Assembly (NCBI GenBank): GCA_045106415.1
Contig: JBGCEP010000026.1
Coordinates: forward strand, 1-64,000
DNA: 64,000 nucleotides
From: Oligoflexales bacterium
Lineage (GTDB): Bacteria; Bdellovibrionota_B; Oligoflexia; Oligoflexales; Bog-1112
Direction of reading: 5' to 3'
Below the pieces are notes generated by a model. That model had not been told where the DNA came from and did not search any database. It worked only from the letters and a program-made list of their open reading frames with translations. The first letter of the stretch is position 1; each line of letters opens with the position of its first letter. This document shows, in pieces, positions 1 to 10,181 of this stretch. Both the position numbers and the translations under genes were made by a program.

Positions 1-2867
1 CCTGCAGTATTTGTCACATACATATCTTGTGCGTCTGTTGCAGATATTGTTAAGTTAACAGTTGAAGAAGCTGTGACTGAAGCATCATTATCTAAAGATA
101 AAGATAACGATGTTGGTCCGATATTATCATGAATAATTGTATCGTTAATACAAGCGGATTCGTTTCCAGCTTCATCCTTGAATTTTGTGTAGACAGTTGC
201 AGTTGCGTTTGTTTGTCCTAGGCTCCAGCTTGTTTTTGAAGTTGCATAACTTTCCCATGCGCCATCTGCGCTACACCCTGCAGTATTTGTGATGTACATT
301 TCATTTGCGCCGGTTGCAGCTAAAGTAAGATCTGGAGTTGCGTCTGAAGTATGTGTGCCACCATCAATGGCCAGGCTTGTGGATGTTGGAATGCTGTCGT
401 CGTGGGTAATTGAACCACTAACACAGCTGCCTTCGATACCAGCAGCGCTACGAAACTTAACGTAAACCGTAGCTGCTGCATTTGTTTGATCTAAATTCCA
501 AGAAGATTTTGATGTTGCGTAAGTTTCCCATGCACCATCTGTGCTACATCCTGCAGTATTTGTGATGTACATTTCACTTGCATCATTTGCAGTGAGAGTT
601 AAATCGGGGCTTGCATCTGCTGTGTGGGTTCCCCCGTTAATCACTAGCGTTGCGTTTGAAGGCGTTGTTGAATCATGAGTGATTGTATCGTTGATACAAG
701 CGGATTCGTTTCCAGCTTCATCTTTAAACTTTGTGTAAACTGTTGCTATTGCATCTGTTTGCCCTAGATTCCAATCTGTTTTTGAAGTTGCATAGCTTTC
801 CCATGCACCATCTGCAGAGCATCCCGCAGTGTTTGTAATATACATTTCATGAGCGCCGAGAGCTGTGAGTGTCAGATTAGGAGTTGCGTCTGCTGTGTGG
901 GTTCCACCATCAATAGTGATGCCTTCACCTGAAGGGGAAATGTTATCATGCACAATTGTGTCGCTCACACAATTTGATTCATTTCCAACTGAGTCGCGAT
1001 ATTTGACGTAAACAGTCGCAACTGTATTTGTCTGACCTAAATTCCATGAAGATTTTGATGTTGCGTAAGTTTCCCATGCACCATCTGTGCTACATCCTGC
1101 AGTATTTGTGATGTACATTTCACTTGCATCAGCTGCATTTAAAATAAGGTTTGGTGATTGGTTAGAAGTTGCGATTCCTCCGGTGATTGTTAAAGATGGA
1201 GATGTTGGAGCGATATTGTCATGGATAATGGTGTCTGATACGCATGCTGTTTTGTTGAGTGCTTCATCTTGAAATTGAACATAGAAAGTGTTTGAGGTGT
1301 TTGCGTTCGGTAGAGTGATGTTCTTCGAACTCTGATAACTTTCCCAAGTCCCACCGGCGCTACAGTCAGAAGTTTCTGTTATGTACATGCTGCTTGTGCC
1401 GGTCACATCAAAGTTGAAAGTAGTTGCTAGTGAAGCAACCGCTGGAGCTCCTGCGTGCAAAACAGCTTGATTGATCACAGGTGTTGTTGTGTCAACTTTA
1501 TAAGCTAAGCTAACTTGGCTGCATTTTCCGGGAGTTTCTGTTTTTGAAGCTTTTGCATAAAATACATAATCCCCCTCTGTAAGTAGAGGGAGAGTGATTT
1601 CAATTGAGCTTGATATTGCATCAGCTGAGATAAGAGAGTTTTGGCAGTTGGAGTCATTATATAAGCTGACAGTTGCACCCGCTTCAACTCCATTGACTTG
1701 AATCACAGGTTGAGTTTGAAAAGAGATGGGCTGAGAAGGAGAAATTAAGCTGAGCCCTGTAGGTGCATTCAAATCCGCGAGTAAGGTGTAGCTTAGATTC
1801 GTTTTTGAACAAGATCCGACGCCGCCGTATAGGCTTTCTGCTTGAGCGTAAAACTTATAAACCCCGACTTGGTTCAGTCGTGGGCTTAAAGATAAAGCTC
1901 CATCGACCAGGGCTGTTGATGACACGAGAGCTTCACCTTCACAAGTTTCGTCTGTATACAGAGATACGACGTCGCCTTTTAATATAGGCTCTAAGGATAC
2001 AATTGGAGTTGCGTTTAATGATGAAGACTTGTCGGTGGAAATAGTAGATATTTCTTGTGCGCCTAGAATGAAAGAACCGATAAAGTTTCCAGGTTTAAAG
2101 CAAACTGACTCACCTTTTACTGTCCCTTTATAAACAGTCTTCTTTTGATTCCAGTCTAAAAAAGTCATTGTTGTAATATTTTTGGAGCCAATGTTCCAAC
2201 AGATGTCAATGCTTTTGCTTAGCCATTCTGAAACTTCTTGGCCTGAGTCATCAAGAATACCACCTTCCATAACGCCTGTTTTTTCAGGGTTTTCAATAAA
2301 GTAAATATTATCTTTTTTGAGAGAAGCCGAATCAAAATTCATCTGAACCGATCCATCTGCAAAGTTTTTTTGAAATGTTAGGGTTTCACTGAGCTGTGAC
2401 TCTTCTTTGAGGACGAGGGCGAAAAGTCCAGGAATCATACGAGTTTGAATGCAAACCGAAGTTGAAGATTGGATGCCTTCAATCTCACTGCCATCACGGC
2501 CACTTAAATCACTAGCTCTTATCTTTGCTCCATCTAAAGAGCCTTCTGGGGTATTAATACAAACTTCAATATCTTTTTGAATACTTGGAGAGGATGCTTG
2601 ACTATTTAATGCAGTAATGGTGATGGCATCAGTATCGACATCCTTTAATTCAAAGCTGACCGGTGAATCGAATGTGTTGGCAGGAATGTTCACGGATCCA
2701 TTGACAGTTTTAGTGCTAAACACCTCTGTAGGGGGTATTACTGATGAGCTTTGATCGGACTTTAAGGTTTTTATGTCAGTTGCTTCTGAGGACCTTAAAT
2801 TTGCTGACTTCTCACCTTGGCATGAAGATAACAGTATGAAAATAATGTAGAATTTATAAATCGGCAT
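1..2867 (-). CDS. Large repeat-containing surface lipoprotein (3' end runs off the window start), paralog of 28090..32262
   Basis: Not in the ORF track because no stop lies in the window. Manual translation from ATG 2867 (RBS GAGG): MPIYKFYIIFILLSSC lipobox, then at least 6 units of the MYITNTAGCSxDGAWExYATSK...KFKDEAGNESAC repeat. Frame checked at the start, at ~1500-1620 and at the window edge. Confidence 0.9.
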   Translation of the reverse strand, partial: MPIYKFYIIFILLSSCQGEKSANLRSSEATDIKTLKSDQSSSVIPPTEVFSTKTVNGSVNIPANTFDSPVSFELKDVDTDAITITALNSQASSPSIQKDIEVCINTPEGSLDGAKIRASDLSGRDGSEIEGIQSSTSVCIQTRMIPGLFALVLKEESQLSETLTFQKNFADGSVQMNFDSASLKKDNIYFIENPEKTGVMEGGILDDSGQEVSEWLSKSIDICWNIGSKNITTMTFLDWNQKKTVYKGTVKGESVCFKPGNFIGSFILGAQEISTISTDKSSSLNATPIVSLEPILKGDVVSLYTDETCEGEALVSSTALVDGALSLSPRLNQVGVYKFYAQAESLYGGVGSCSKTNLSYTLLADLNAPTGLSLISPSQPISFQTQPVIQVNGVEAGATVSLYNDSNCQNSLISADAISSSIEITLPLLTEGDYVFYAKASKTETPGKCSQVSLAYKVDTTTPVINQAVLHAGAPAVASLATTFNFDVTGTSSMYITETSDCSAGGTWESYQSSKNITLPNANTSNTFYVQFQDEALNKTACVSDTIIHDNIAPTSPSLTITGGIATSNQSPNLILNAADASEMYITNTAGCSTDGAWETYATSKSSWNLGQTNTVATVYVKYRDSVGNESNCVSDTIVHDNISPSGEGITIDGGTHTADATPNLTLTALGAHEMYITNTAGCSADGAWESYATSKTDWNLGQTDAIATVYTKFKDEAGNESACINDTITHDSTTPSNATLVINGGTHTADASPDLTLTANDASEMYITNTAGCSTDGAWETYATSKSSWNLDQTNAAATVYVKFRSAAGIEGSCVSGSITHDDSIPTSTSLAIDGGTHTSDATPDLTLAATGANEMYITNTAGCSADGAWESYATSKTSWSLGQTNATATVYTKFKDEAGNESACINDTIIHDNIGPTSLSLSLDNDASVTASSTVNLTISATDAQDMYVTNTA

Positions 2868-3302
2868 AAAAACCTCAGTAAAGCAGTACAAACCCCTATC
2901 GGAAAAAGTGTTTTTTATTAAAGTTTTTTTTGAATAAAATAAATAAAAGTGAATTTACAGAGATTAAAGGTCTTTATGTTTTATATATCTTGGTGATAAC
3001 AAATTGTTTTGTTTGAAGTGTGAAAAAGTGGTTTTTTTGCGTTCTAGCAGTTTTTTGATAACAAAGTCGTTCAGATAGATCTATTTTGTGAAGATTTTGC
3101 TTAGGAGTCCTTATAAAATCAAAAACGTAAAGACTTTATTCCCTCTGGTTTTAATTCTTGTGTGCTATATGGTTTTTTCTTGCTAGGTTTTTGTTTTTGG
3201 CAGAAGCGCTTATTTTTAAATAATAAAAAATATTAATTTTACTTTGTTGTCAGGCTATGAGGTGTGGTATACACGAACGTCCTTGGTCTTTGGAGAAAAG
3301 TC

Positions 3303-4232
3303 ATGCAAGAAACTGCCATGCAAAACCTTGAATTTGTTGTTCAGGGTGACGAGAGTCAGCAACCTTTAGAAAAATATCTACTTGATAAAACTAGCTTTTC
3401 AAGAAGAAAGGTGCGCCGTCTTATCGACCAAGGAGGAGTTCGGATTAATCGCTCTCAAGCGTGGAAAGCAGCTTGGAAGGTTGTCCGTGGAGATAGAATC
3501 TCGATTCGTTTTTCTTCAGAAAGCTTACAAGTTTCGACGACAAAACTGTCGAAAAAAGATCTTCTTTACAGAAAAAATGGCTTAATTGTTGTTAATAAGC
3601 CACCCAGAGTTGTCTCTGCGAGTGGAAAAGGCGGCATTTTAAAACTGGTTCAAGACAGTTTTCGTATTAAAGAAAATCTTTATTTATGCCATCGCCTGGA
3701 TAAAGAAACCTCTGGTGTTTTGCTTCTTGCTGATTCGAAGACTTTAGCAGATCAAGTTATGGACGAGTTCCGTCATCGTCGAGTGAAAAAAATCTATCAT
3801 GCCTTAACAGTGGGGCAGTCTAGCCAACAATTTTGGGAAACAGAATGTCACTTAAAAACGATGCAAGATGGCAAAGTTCATGTGGTTCATGCTGGTGGCC
3901 AGGTTTCGAAAACAGATTTTGAATGTATCGCACGGGGGCAAGCGACAAGCTTTGTGCGTTGTTTTCCCACAACGGGCAGAACTCATCAGATTCGTGTGCA
4001 TTTAGCTCTTGCTGGTCTGCCTATTCTCGGAGATAAGATTTATGGAGATCCGAGGCGTATTGCGCAGCATCTCCAAGGAGCAGCAAGTGTTCATCATCTT
4101 TTACATGCTAGAGCGTTAGAAATGGACCTGGCAGGAGAGACACTTCGCTTTGTGGCTCCACACCCTGGAATGTTTGAGCAAGGTGTGGAAGCAGCAGGGA
4201 TTGATCCTGATGCTCTAAAGCAAGACCGTTAA
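3303..4232 (+). CDS. RluA/RluD-family pseudouridine synthase with S4 domain
   Basis: NKPP, HRLDKETSG and TGRTHQIRVH motifs; start moved to the ATG after GGAG. Confidence 0.92.
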   Translation: MQETAMQNLEFVVQGDESQQPLEKYLLDKTSFSRRKVRRLIDQGGVRINRSQAWKAAWKVVRGDRISIRFSSESLQVSTTKLSKKDLLYRKNGLIVVNKPPRVVSASGKGGILKLVQDSFRIKENLYLCHRLDKETSGVLLLADSKTLADQVMDEFRHRRVKKIYHALTVGQSSQQFWETECHLKTMQDGKVHVVHAGGQVSKTDFECIARGQATSFVRCFPTTGRTHQIRVHLALAGLPILGDKIYGDPRRIAQHLQGAASVHHLLHARALEMDLAGETLRFVAPHPGMFEQGVEAAGIDPDALKQDR

Positions 4233-4234
4233 GC

Positions 4235-5056
4235 TTATTTCTGTTTCTGAACTTCTAATAAGAATTGGTACAATTCTTTTTTTTCTAACCCACGATCAGC
4301 CATGACAATGGTAAGATCTTTGTGAGTTGCTCCCCTTGAAAAAAGAAGCTTTGCCTCAAAGCTCAGTCTTTCTTTAAGCTCTTCTTCAGGGGTTTGCTGT
4401 TCAGGGCAGTAAATCATTGCGCAAACTTCACCTTTTAAATTTTTATGTTCTTTAGCCCATGTTAAAGCGTCTTTTAGGCTCGCGTGTAGAATGTCTTCGT
4501 GAGTTTTTGTAAGCTCTCTTCCAATGCATATCTCAGCATGAGGGTGATGAAACATCAGCGCCTCCAGTGTTTTTACTAGGCGTTTTGTAGACTCATAAAA
4601 AATAACACTTCCTTTCCAGGTCGTGAGGTCAGAAGCGATGTTTTGAAAAAATCCAACGAATGTAAAGCGGTCTGAAGGGAGTCCGCTGACACTGATTAAA
4701 GCAGCCATAGCACAGGCACCAGGAATGGGCTCGACACAAATATCTCTGAGGTGAGCTTCTCGTAAGAGTCTGTAACCAGGATCTGAAATACACGGTGTCC
4801 CGGCATCACTAATTAAAGCAAGCGTCAGATCTTCATCTATGATGCGACCCAGAAGCTGATGAGACCTCTGCTTTTCATTGTGATCGTGATAGCTGATGAG
4901 GGTTTTTCCTGAGATTTGAAAATGCTTCAAAAGATTTAAAGCCTTGCGTGTATCTTCTGCTGCAATGATGTCAGCTTCTTGTAAGCAATGGAGTGCTCGT
5001 GGTGAAAAGTCATCTTTGTGACCGATAGGAGTGGCTATGACTTGAATTTTTGGCAT
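4235..5056 (-). CDS. rsmI: 16S rRNA (cytidine1402-2'-O)-methyltransferase
   Basis: IATPIG, AEDTR, SDAGTPCISDPG, RELTK motifs; start trimmed to MPKIQ (alternative start 5071). Confidence 0.92.
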   Translation of the reverse strand: MPKIQVIATPIGHKDDFSPRALHCLQEADIIAAEDTRKALNLLKHFQISGKTLISYHDHNEKQRSHQLLGRIIDEDLTLALISDAGTPCISDPGYRLLREAHLRDICVEPIPGACAMAALISVSGLPSDRFTFVGFFQNIASDLTTWKGSVIFYESTKRLVKTLEALMFHHPHAEICIGRELTKTHEDILHASLKDALTWAKEHKNLKGEVCAMIYCPEQQTPEEELKERLSFEAKLLFSRGATHKDLTIVMADRGLEKKELYQFLLEVQKQK

Positions 5057-5083
5057 GGTTTCACTTTCCATTGCTGTTGTGGG

Positions 5084-5092
5084 TGCTATACT
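5084..5092 (+). promoter_or_regulatory. Extended -10 sigma70 promoter (TGCTATACT) for the 6S-like RNA
   Basis: TGnTATACT located 6 nt upstream of the predicted RNA 5' end. Confidence 0.55.
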
Positions 5093-5098
5093 GTCGCT

Positions 5099-5248
5099 GT
5101 TGCGGTGGCATAAGCCGGAGAACCGATGCGATTCGACAGGGAGCCTAATCAACCATGGTGAGCATGCCCCGAGGTTTGGGGAAGCCTAAAGTGGAAGTGT
5201 GGCACCCACCTATTAGGGTGGGTTCTGCCGCGTCTCTTGCCCCGCAAC
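5099..5248 (+). ncRNA. ssrS: Probable 6S RNA
   Basis: GC-rich intergenic rod: GTTGCGG/CCGCAAC and AGAACC/GGTTCT pair; contains GGGAGCC...GGCACCCACCT...GGGTTC, which I recognise from Bacillus-type 6S RNAs. Confidence 0.78.
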
Positions 5249-5381
5249 ACCTTTAAGGCTGACCACAATGAATGCATTTGTGGTGAAATGCAAGTTAAGT
5301 TCAGGTGATCTTTGTAAATACAAATCACAGGCAGTTGAACTTGTCTCCCATGCTTTGAGCTCGAATAGAAATAGGACCAAT

Positions 5382-6593
5382 ATGAGATTTTCCGAACGTA
5401 TTCAGCGAGTCCAACCATCCCCGACTTTAACTTTGAACTCCAGAGCTAGAGATTTGAAATCGCAAGGTCTTGATATCCTTAACTTTGCTGTTGGTGAACC
5501 AGACTATGGAACGCCGAAAGCTGTTGTGGATATTGGTATTGAAGCCCTCCAGCAAGGTCAAACTCGTTATGGGCCAGCAGGAGGTTCTCTTGATTTTAAA
5601 AATGCTGTTTGTACAAAAGTGCTACGAGACCAAAAAATTGAAATTCATCCACAGCAAGTGGTTGCAGGTGTCGGTGCTAAAGAGCTTTTATTCCATACTT
5701 TTCAAACCCTTTTAAATGATGGGGATGAAGTTCTGATTCATGCCCCAGCCTGGGTGAGCTATATGGAGCAAATTAAACTGGCAGGAGGGACTCCTGTGAT
5801 GATCCCTTTAGAACTTGATGAACAAGGCGAAGTGATTTGCACGCCTGAACAGCTTGCAGCCTATGCAACACCAAAAACGCGTGCGTTTATTTTATGCAGT
5901 CCGAATAACCCAGCGGGGTACACCTTATCTCAATCGTCTTTTGATGGCCTTGTGTCTTTTTTGGAGAAAACGCAGTGGTGGGTTATTAGTGACGAGATTT
6001 ACGAAGCAATGTCGTTTGATCGTCCTCACCTTTCTGTGATGACAGCGTCGAGCTCTTTGAGCGAACGTACCGTGACAATCAATGGATGCTCAAAAGCTTT
6101 TGCTATGACCGGGTGGAGAGTTGGCTATGCGATTGGGCCTAAAGATTTTATAAGTCATATGAAGAACCTTCAAAGCCACTCTTCATCATGTTTGCCACCT
6201 TTTGTCGAGAAAGCAGCTATTCACGCTATTGAACAAGGGCCTGCAGAATTGATGAAAACAGAGCTGCAACATCTTAAAGAAAAAAGAATCTTTGCGGCGG
6301 AGTGCTTGAAAAACATTCCATATGTGCGTGCTGTTCAAAATCACGGGACTTTTTATTTATTTGTTGATTGTAATGATCTTATTCATGCAACAGAGTTAGA
6401 TTCTTCTATGTCGTTGAGTCTGCGTTTGCTAGAACAGCATCATGTTGCTGTCGTTCCTGGTGAAGCCTTTATGGCTCCAGGGTATTTGCGTTTTAGTTTT
6501 GCAACGGATCGATCGACGATTCAAAAAGGGTTTGATCGTTTGAAAGATTGCGTTATGAGCCTGGTGAAAGATTCAAAAGAGATGGAAAAATGA
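5382..6593 (+). CDS. PLP-dependent class I aminotransferase (aspartate aminotransferase-like)
   Basis: GEPD, SPNNPAG, SDEIY, SKAFAMTGWRVG motifs; start at the ATG after AGGA. Confidence 0.92.
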   Translation: MRFSERIQRVQPSPTLTLNSRARDLKSQGLDILNFAVGEPDYGTPKAVVDIGIEALQQGQTRYGPAGGSLDFKNAVCTKVLRDQKIEIHPQQVVAGVGAKELLFHTFQTLLNDGDEVLIHAPAWVSYMEQIKLAGGTPVMIPLELDEQGEVICTPEQLAAYATPKTRAFILCSPNNPAGYTLSQSSFDGLVSFLEKTQWWVISDEIYEAMSFDRPHLSVMTASSSLSERTVTINGCSKAFAMTGWRVGYAIGPKDFISHMKNLQSHSSSCLPPFVEKAAIHAIEQGPAELMKTELQHLKEKRIFAAECLKNIPYVRAVQNHGTFYLFVDCNDLIHATELDSSMSLSLRLLEQHHVAVVPGEAFMAPGYLRFSFATDRSTIQKGFDRLKDCVMSLVKDSKEMEK

Positions 6594-7633
6594 TCCAACA
6601 GATGATTGAAAATTTGAAAAAAGAGTTCCAGAGCGAAGCAAAGGCTCTGGAAGAAAATCCCAGTGCTCGTGGCATGGAAGATCTACGAGTTCATTGGCTA
6701 GGGCGTAAAGGTAAGGTGACAGGTCTGTACTCACAGATGAAGTCTTTATCGAAAGAAGAAAGACCGCAAGCGGGTCAGCTTTTGAATGAGCTTAAAAGTG
6801 GGGTTGAGTTACGTCTTAAAGAGTTAAAAGATGTTGTAAATGCTTACCTGGTTGCCGACAAACTGAAGAACTTTAGAGTAGATATTTCAAGGCCTGTTGA
6901 ATCATTAGAAGGGTCTTTGCATCCTGTGACGTTAATGCAAAATCGTTTATTAGAACAATTTCGTCGTCACGGTTTTAGTGTTGTTGATGGGCCTGAACTT
7001 GATACGGACTTCTATAATTTTTCTGCGTTGAACATTCCTGCAGACCACCCTTCCAGGGATATGAATGATACTTTTTATCTAAAAAATACAGAGCATCTTT
7101 TGCGCACACAAACATCAAATATTCAAATTCATACGATGAGTAACCGCCAGCCCCCGCTAAGAATCGTGTCTGCAGGGCGTGTTTTCCGTGTGGATAGTGA
7201 CGCTACTCATACACCTATGTTTCATCAGATAGAGGGTCTAGTTGTTGATCGAGGAATTTCTTTTGCTCACTTAAGAGGAATGATTGATTCTTTTGTGAAG
7301 GGGATCTTTGGGAATAACGTTGTGACAAGGTTGCGCGCAAGTTACTTTCCTTTCGTTGAACCTGGAGCCGAAATGGATATTCAGTGTCAGTTGTGCAAAG
7401 GCAAAGGCTGTCGTGTTTGTTCACAAACTGGTTGGTTAGAAGTCGGCGGTTGTGGGATGGTTCATCCTAACGTCTTTGAGGCAGTACAGTATGACAGTGA
7501 AGAACTTACAGGGTTTGCATTCGGGTTTGGGATTGATAGGCTCGCTATGCTTGCATGGGCTCTTCCAGATTTACGTCAGATGTTTGAGGGTGACGTCTCT
7601 TTTCAAAAACAATTTCCAATTGTTACACACTAG
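6590..7633 (+). CDS. pheS: Phenylalanine-tRNA ligase alpha subunit
   Basis: HPSRDMNDTFY, LLRTQTS, FHQIEG, YFPFVEP, GFAFGFGIDR; ATGA overlap with the upstream gene. Confidence 0.97.
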   Translation: MIQQMIENLKKEFQSEAKALEENPSARGMEDLRVHWLGRKGKVTGLYSQMKSLSKEERPQAGQLLNELKSGVELRLKELKDVVNAYLVADKLKNFRVDISRPVESLEGSLHPVTLMQNRLLEQFRRHGFSVVDGPELDTDFYNFSALNIPADHPSRDMNDTFYLKNTEHLLRTQTSNIQIHTMSNRQPPLRIVSAGRVFRVDSDATHTPMFHQIEGLVVDRGISFAHLRGMIDSFVKGIFGNNVVTRLRASYFPFVEPGAEMDIQCQLCKGKGCRVCSQTGWLEVGGCGMVHPNVFEAVQYDSEELTGFAFGFGIDRLAMLAWALPDLRQMFEGDVSFQKQFPIVTH

Positions 7634-7646
7634 TGAGTAGGTTGTT

Positions 7647-10181
7647 ATGCTGGTATCCATAGATTGGCTCAATGATTATGTTGATGTAAAAGATCTTTAT
7701 CCAAGTCGTATTGCAGACTTGCTCACAGACTTAGGGCATGAGGTTGAGTCTCTAGAAGAAATAAAACCTCTCGATAAAGGGGTTCGAGTTGGAAAAGTTT
7801 TAACGTGTGAACCTGTAGAGGGTTCAAAAAAGCTTTCCATGTGTCAAGTCGATGTGGGAGAGGTAGAACCACTTCCTATTGTGTGCGGTGCAGCAAATGT
7901 TTGTACAGGGCTTATTGTTGCTGTTGCCACCCCAGGGTGTTTGCTGCCTGGAGGGTTAAGAATTCAACGCTCTCAAGTGAAAGGTATTGATTCACATGGG
8001 ATGCTTTGCAGTGAAGATGAGCTAGGCTTGGCTGAAAAGTCTGACGGAATATTATCTTTACCGGTTTCTTGGAAGATAGGGGCTTCTTTAGAAGATATGA
8101 TTCATGTTGAAGATACCATTTTAGACGTGAGTTTGACAGCAAATCGTGGCGATTGCCTTGGTATGATTGGCGTTGCCCGTGAATTAGCAGCAAAACTAGA
8201 GAGACCTTTAAAGGTTAAAGATCGTGAATACTCACGCTCTCAAACCGAAACGACAGATGTTAAGGTTCATGTTGATGCTTGTGCTCCATGCAGCCGTTTT
8301 ACAGCAACGAGTTTTTCGAATCTTCCGAAAAACTCAGAATCTCCTTTATGGATGAAAAAAAGACTTACAAGGGCAGGGATGCGCCCTGTCTCTTTAGTTG
8401 TTGATGTTGCAAATTATACAATGCTAGAAACGAATCAACCTGTTCATACATATGACCGTTCAGCAATACGTGGACATATGCTGATCATTCGTGGTGCTCA
8501 TCAGGCAGATGAATTAAAAACTCTAGATGGACAAACACCAGAGTTAGTTCCTGGTGATGTTTTAGTGTGTGATTCTGAAAAACCCTTGGGTCTCGCTGGG
8601 GTGATGGGTGGGGAGTCTTCTGAGGTCCACTCTCAAACAGAGAGTATGGTTCTAGAAGTTGCAAGTTTTACACCAGGAGATATCCGTAAAACAGCGCGTA
8701 GACTTTCTCTTCACTCTGAAGCGTCACATCGGTTTGAAAGAGGGATTGATGCTCATGCACTGGTTCGCGTTGCTGAATCTTTTGGTGGATTGCTACAGTC
8801 TGTGTGTGCAGAGCTCGGCCTTGCAGAACCTGTGATGGCTAAAGAGACTGTGGATAGCTGGCCTGGTCAAACGGCTTCGAGAAAAATAGCTCTTCGCATA
8901 TCGAGAGCTCGATCTTTATTGCACCTTCCTGTATTGACAGCAGCGCAGTGTTCTAAAAATCTTGAAGCAATGGGTTTTGCGTGTCTTGATGGTAAAGATG
9001 ACCGTTTGGTTTATGATATCCCAACTTGGAGAAATGATATTCATCGAGAAGTGGATCTCATTGAAGAAGTGGGTCGGCTTTATGGTTTAAATAAAATTTC
9101 AGGTATTGCACCACAAATGTCGATTGAGCCTGGTCCTGAAGATCCCTACCTTCTTTTTGTAGAAGCGTTACGTGCTGGAATTGCGAAATTGGGCTTAAAT
9201 GAGGTTATGACATTCCCATTTGCGAATCAAAAAGATTTTTCAAATTGTTCGTTGCATAAAGAGCATCCTTTGTGGCCGGAGATTGAACTACAGAATGCGA
9301 TTCAGCATGACGCAAGGTTTTTACAAACCTCTTTGATGCCATCTATGCTTAAAGTCTTAAAGCAAAATGCATCCCGTGGTGTTGAAAGTGTGAAAGCCTT
9401 TCAAATTGCAAGAGGTTATTGGAAATCTGATTTTACTCATGTGGACTGGGAGAAATGGGGTCAGTGGTCACATTTAAAAACCAGAGCGCGTTTCACAACT
9501 GAACTTATGGGACGAGAGCTCAATAGACCAATTGAGAAACATCTTTTATCAGGGCTTTTAGGTTCACCGTATCGCCAGCAATCTTGGGATCAAAAGAGTT
9601 CTGAAGTGAGCTTTTTTGATGGCAAATCTCTTTTATTGAGCTTGTTTAAAGGTTTTAAGTGGGATGTGTCCTGCGAGGATATTGATGCAGATCAGTTTCC
9701 GTATCTTCATCCGCATGCCTCAGCTGTTTTGGCTGTTGGAGGTCAGGTGATTGGCTGGTTTGGTTTGCTGCATCCGCAGGTTTGTCAAAACTGGGGCATT
9801 GAGCTTGAACAGGCTCCGTTGGTTTTTGAAGTCGATCTTGAAATGAGTTATTTGGCAGGGCGTAAGCAAGAACATAAGGGTTATGCGGCGCCGAATCCAT
9901 TCCCAGCGGTTCGCAGAGATCTCGCTGTTGTTGTGGATAAAAATATGGTTTGGGGCAGCATGGATAGAGTGCTTCAAGGTTTTCCTGATAAAAAGTTTTT
10001 ATCAAAATGGCGCCTGTTTGACGTCTATTCTGGCGACTCTATTGAAGATGGTAAACAAAGCTTCGCCATGAATCTTGAGTTTGTGTCAACGGAGAAAACC
10101 TTGACAGATAAGCTTGTTGATAAAGAGTTTAAGAGTCTTCTGGCATGGCTATCTCAAGAAGCAGGGGCTTCATTGCGTTAG
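7647..10181 (+). CDS. pheT: Phenylalanine-tRNA ligase beta subunit
   Basis: IVCGAAN, SHGMLCS, NRGDCL, RFERG, DLIEEVGRLYG, C-terminal FDX-ACB domain. Confidence 0.97.
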   Translation: MLVSIDWLNDYVDVKDLYPSRIADLLTDLGHEVESLEEIKPLDKGVRVGKVLTCEPVEGSKKLSMCQVDVGEVEPLPIVCGAANVCTGLIVAVATPGCLLPGGLRIQRSQVKGIDSHGMLCSEDELGLAEKSDGILSLPVSWKIGASLEDMIHVEDTILDVSLTANRGDCLGMIGVARELAAKLERPLKVKDREYSRSQTETTDVKVHVDACAPCSRFTATSFSNLPKNSESPLWMKKRLTRAGMRPVSLVVDVANYTMLETNQPVHTYDRSAIRGHMLIIRGAHQADELKTLDGQTPELVPGDVLVCDSEKPLGLAGVMGGESSEVHSQTESMVLEVASFTPGDIRKTARRLSLHSEASHRFERGIDAHALVRVAESFGGLLQSVCAELGLAEPVMAKETVDSWPGQTASRKIALRISRARSLLHLPVLTAAQCSKNLEAMGFACLDGKDDRLVYDIPTWRNDIHREVDLIEEVGRLYGLNKISGIAPQMSIEPGPEDPYLLFVEALRAGIAKLGLNEVMTFPFANQKDFSNCSLHKEHPLWPEIELQNAIQHDARFLQTSLMPSMLKVLKQNASRGVESVKAFQIARGYWKSDFTHVDWEKWGQWSHLKTRARFTTELMGRELNRPIEKHLLSGLLGSPYRQQSWDQKSSEVSFFDGKSLLLSLFKGFKWDVSCEDIDADQFPYLHPHASAVLAVGGQVIGWFGLLHPQVCQNWGIELEQAPLVFEVDLEMSYLAGRKQEHKGYAAPNPFPAVRRDLAVVVDKNMVWGSMDRVLQGFPDKKFLSKWRLFDVYSGDSIEDGKQSFAMNLEFVSTEKTLTDKLVDKEFKSLLAWLSQEAGASLR

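Noticed and set aside
1..1400. Repeats as a CRISPR array
   Set aside because: Units are ~273 bp, in frame and protein-coding; no repeat-spacer structure or cas genes
5057..5418. ORF 5149..5418 (-) and the N-terminal extensions of rsmI and the aminotransferase
   Set aside because: They overlap the 6S-like RNA and promoter region; better RBS-supported starts lie downstream
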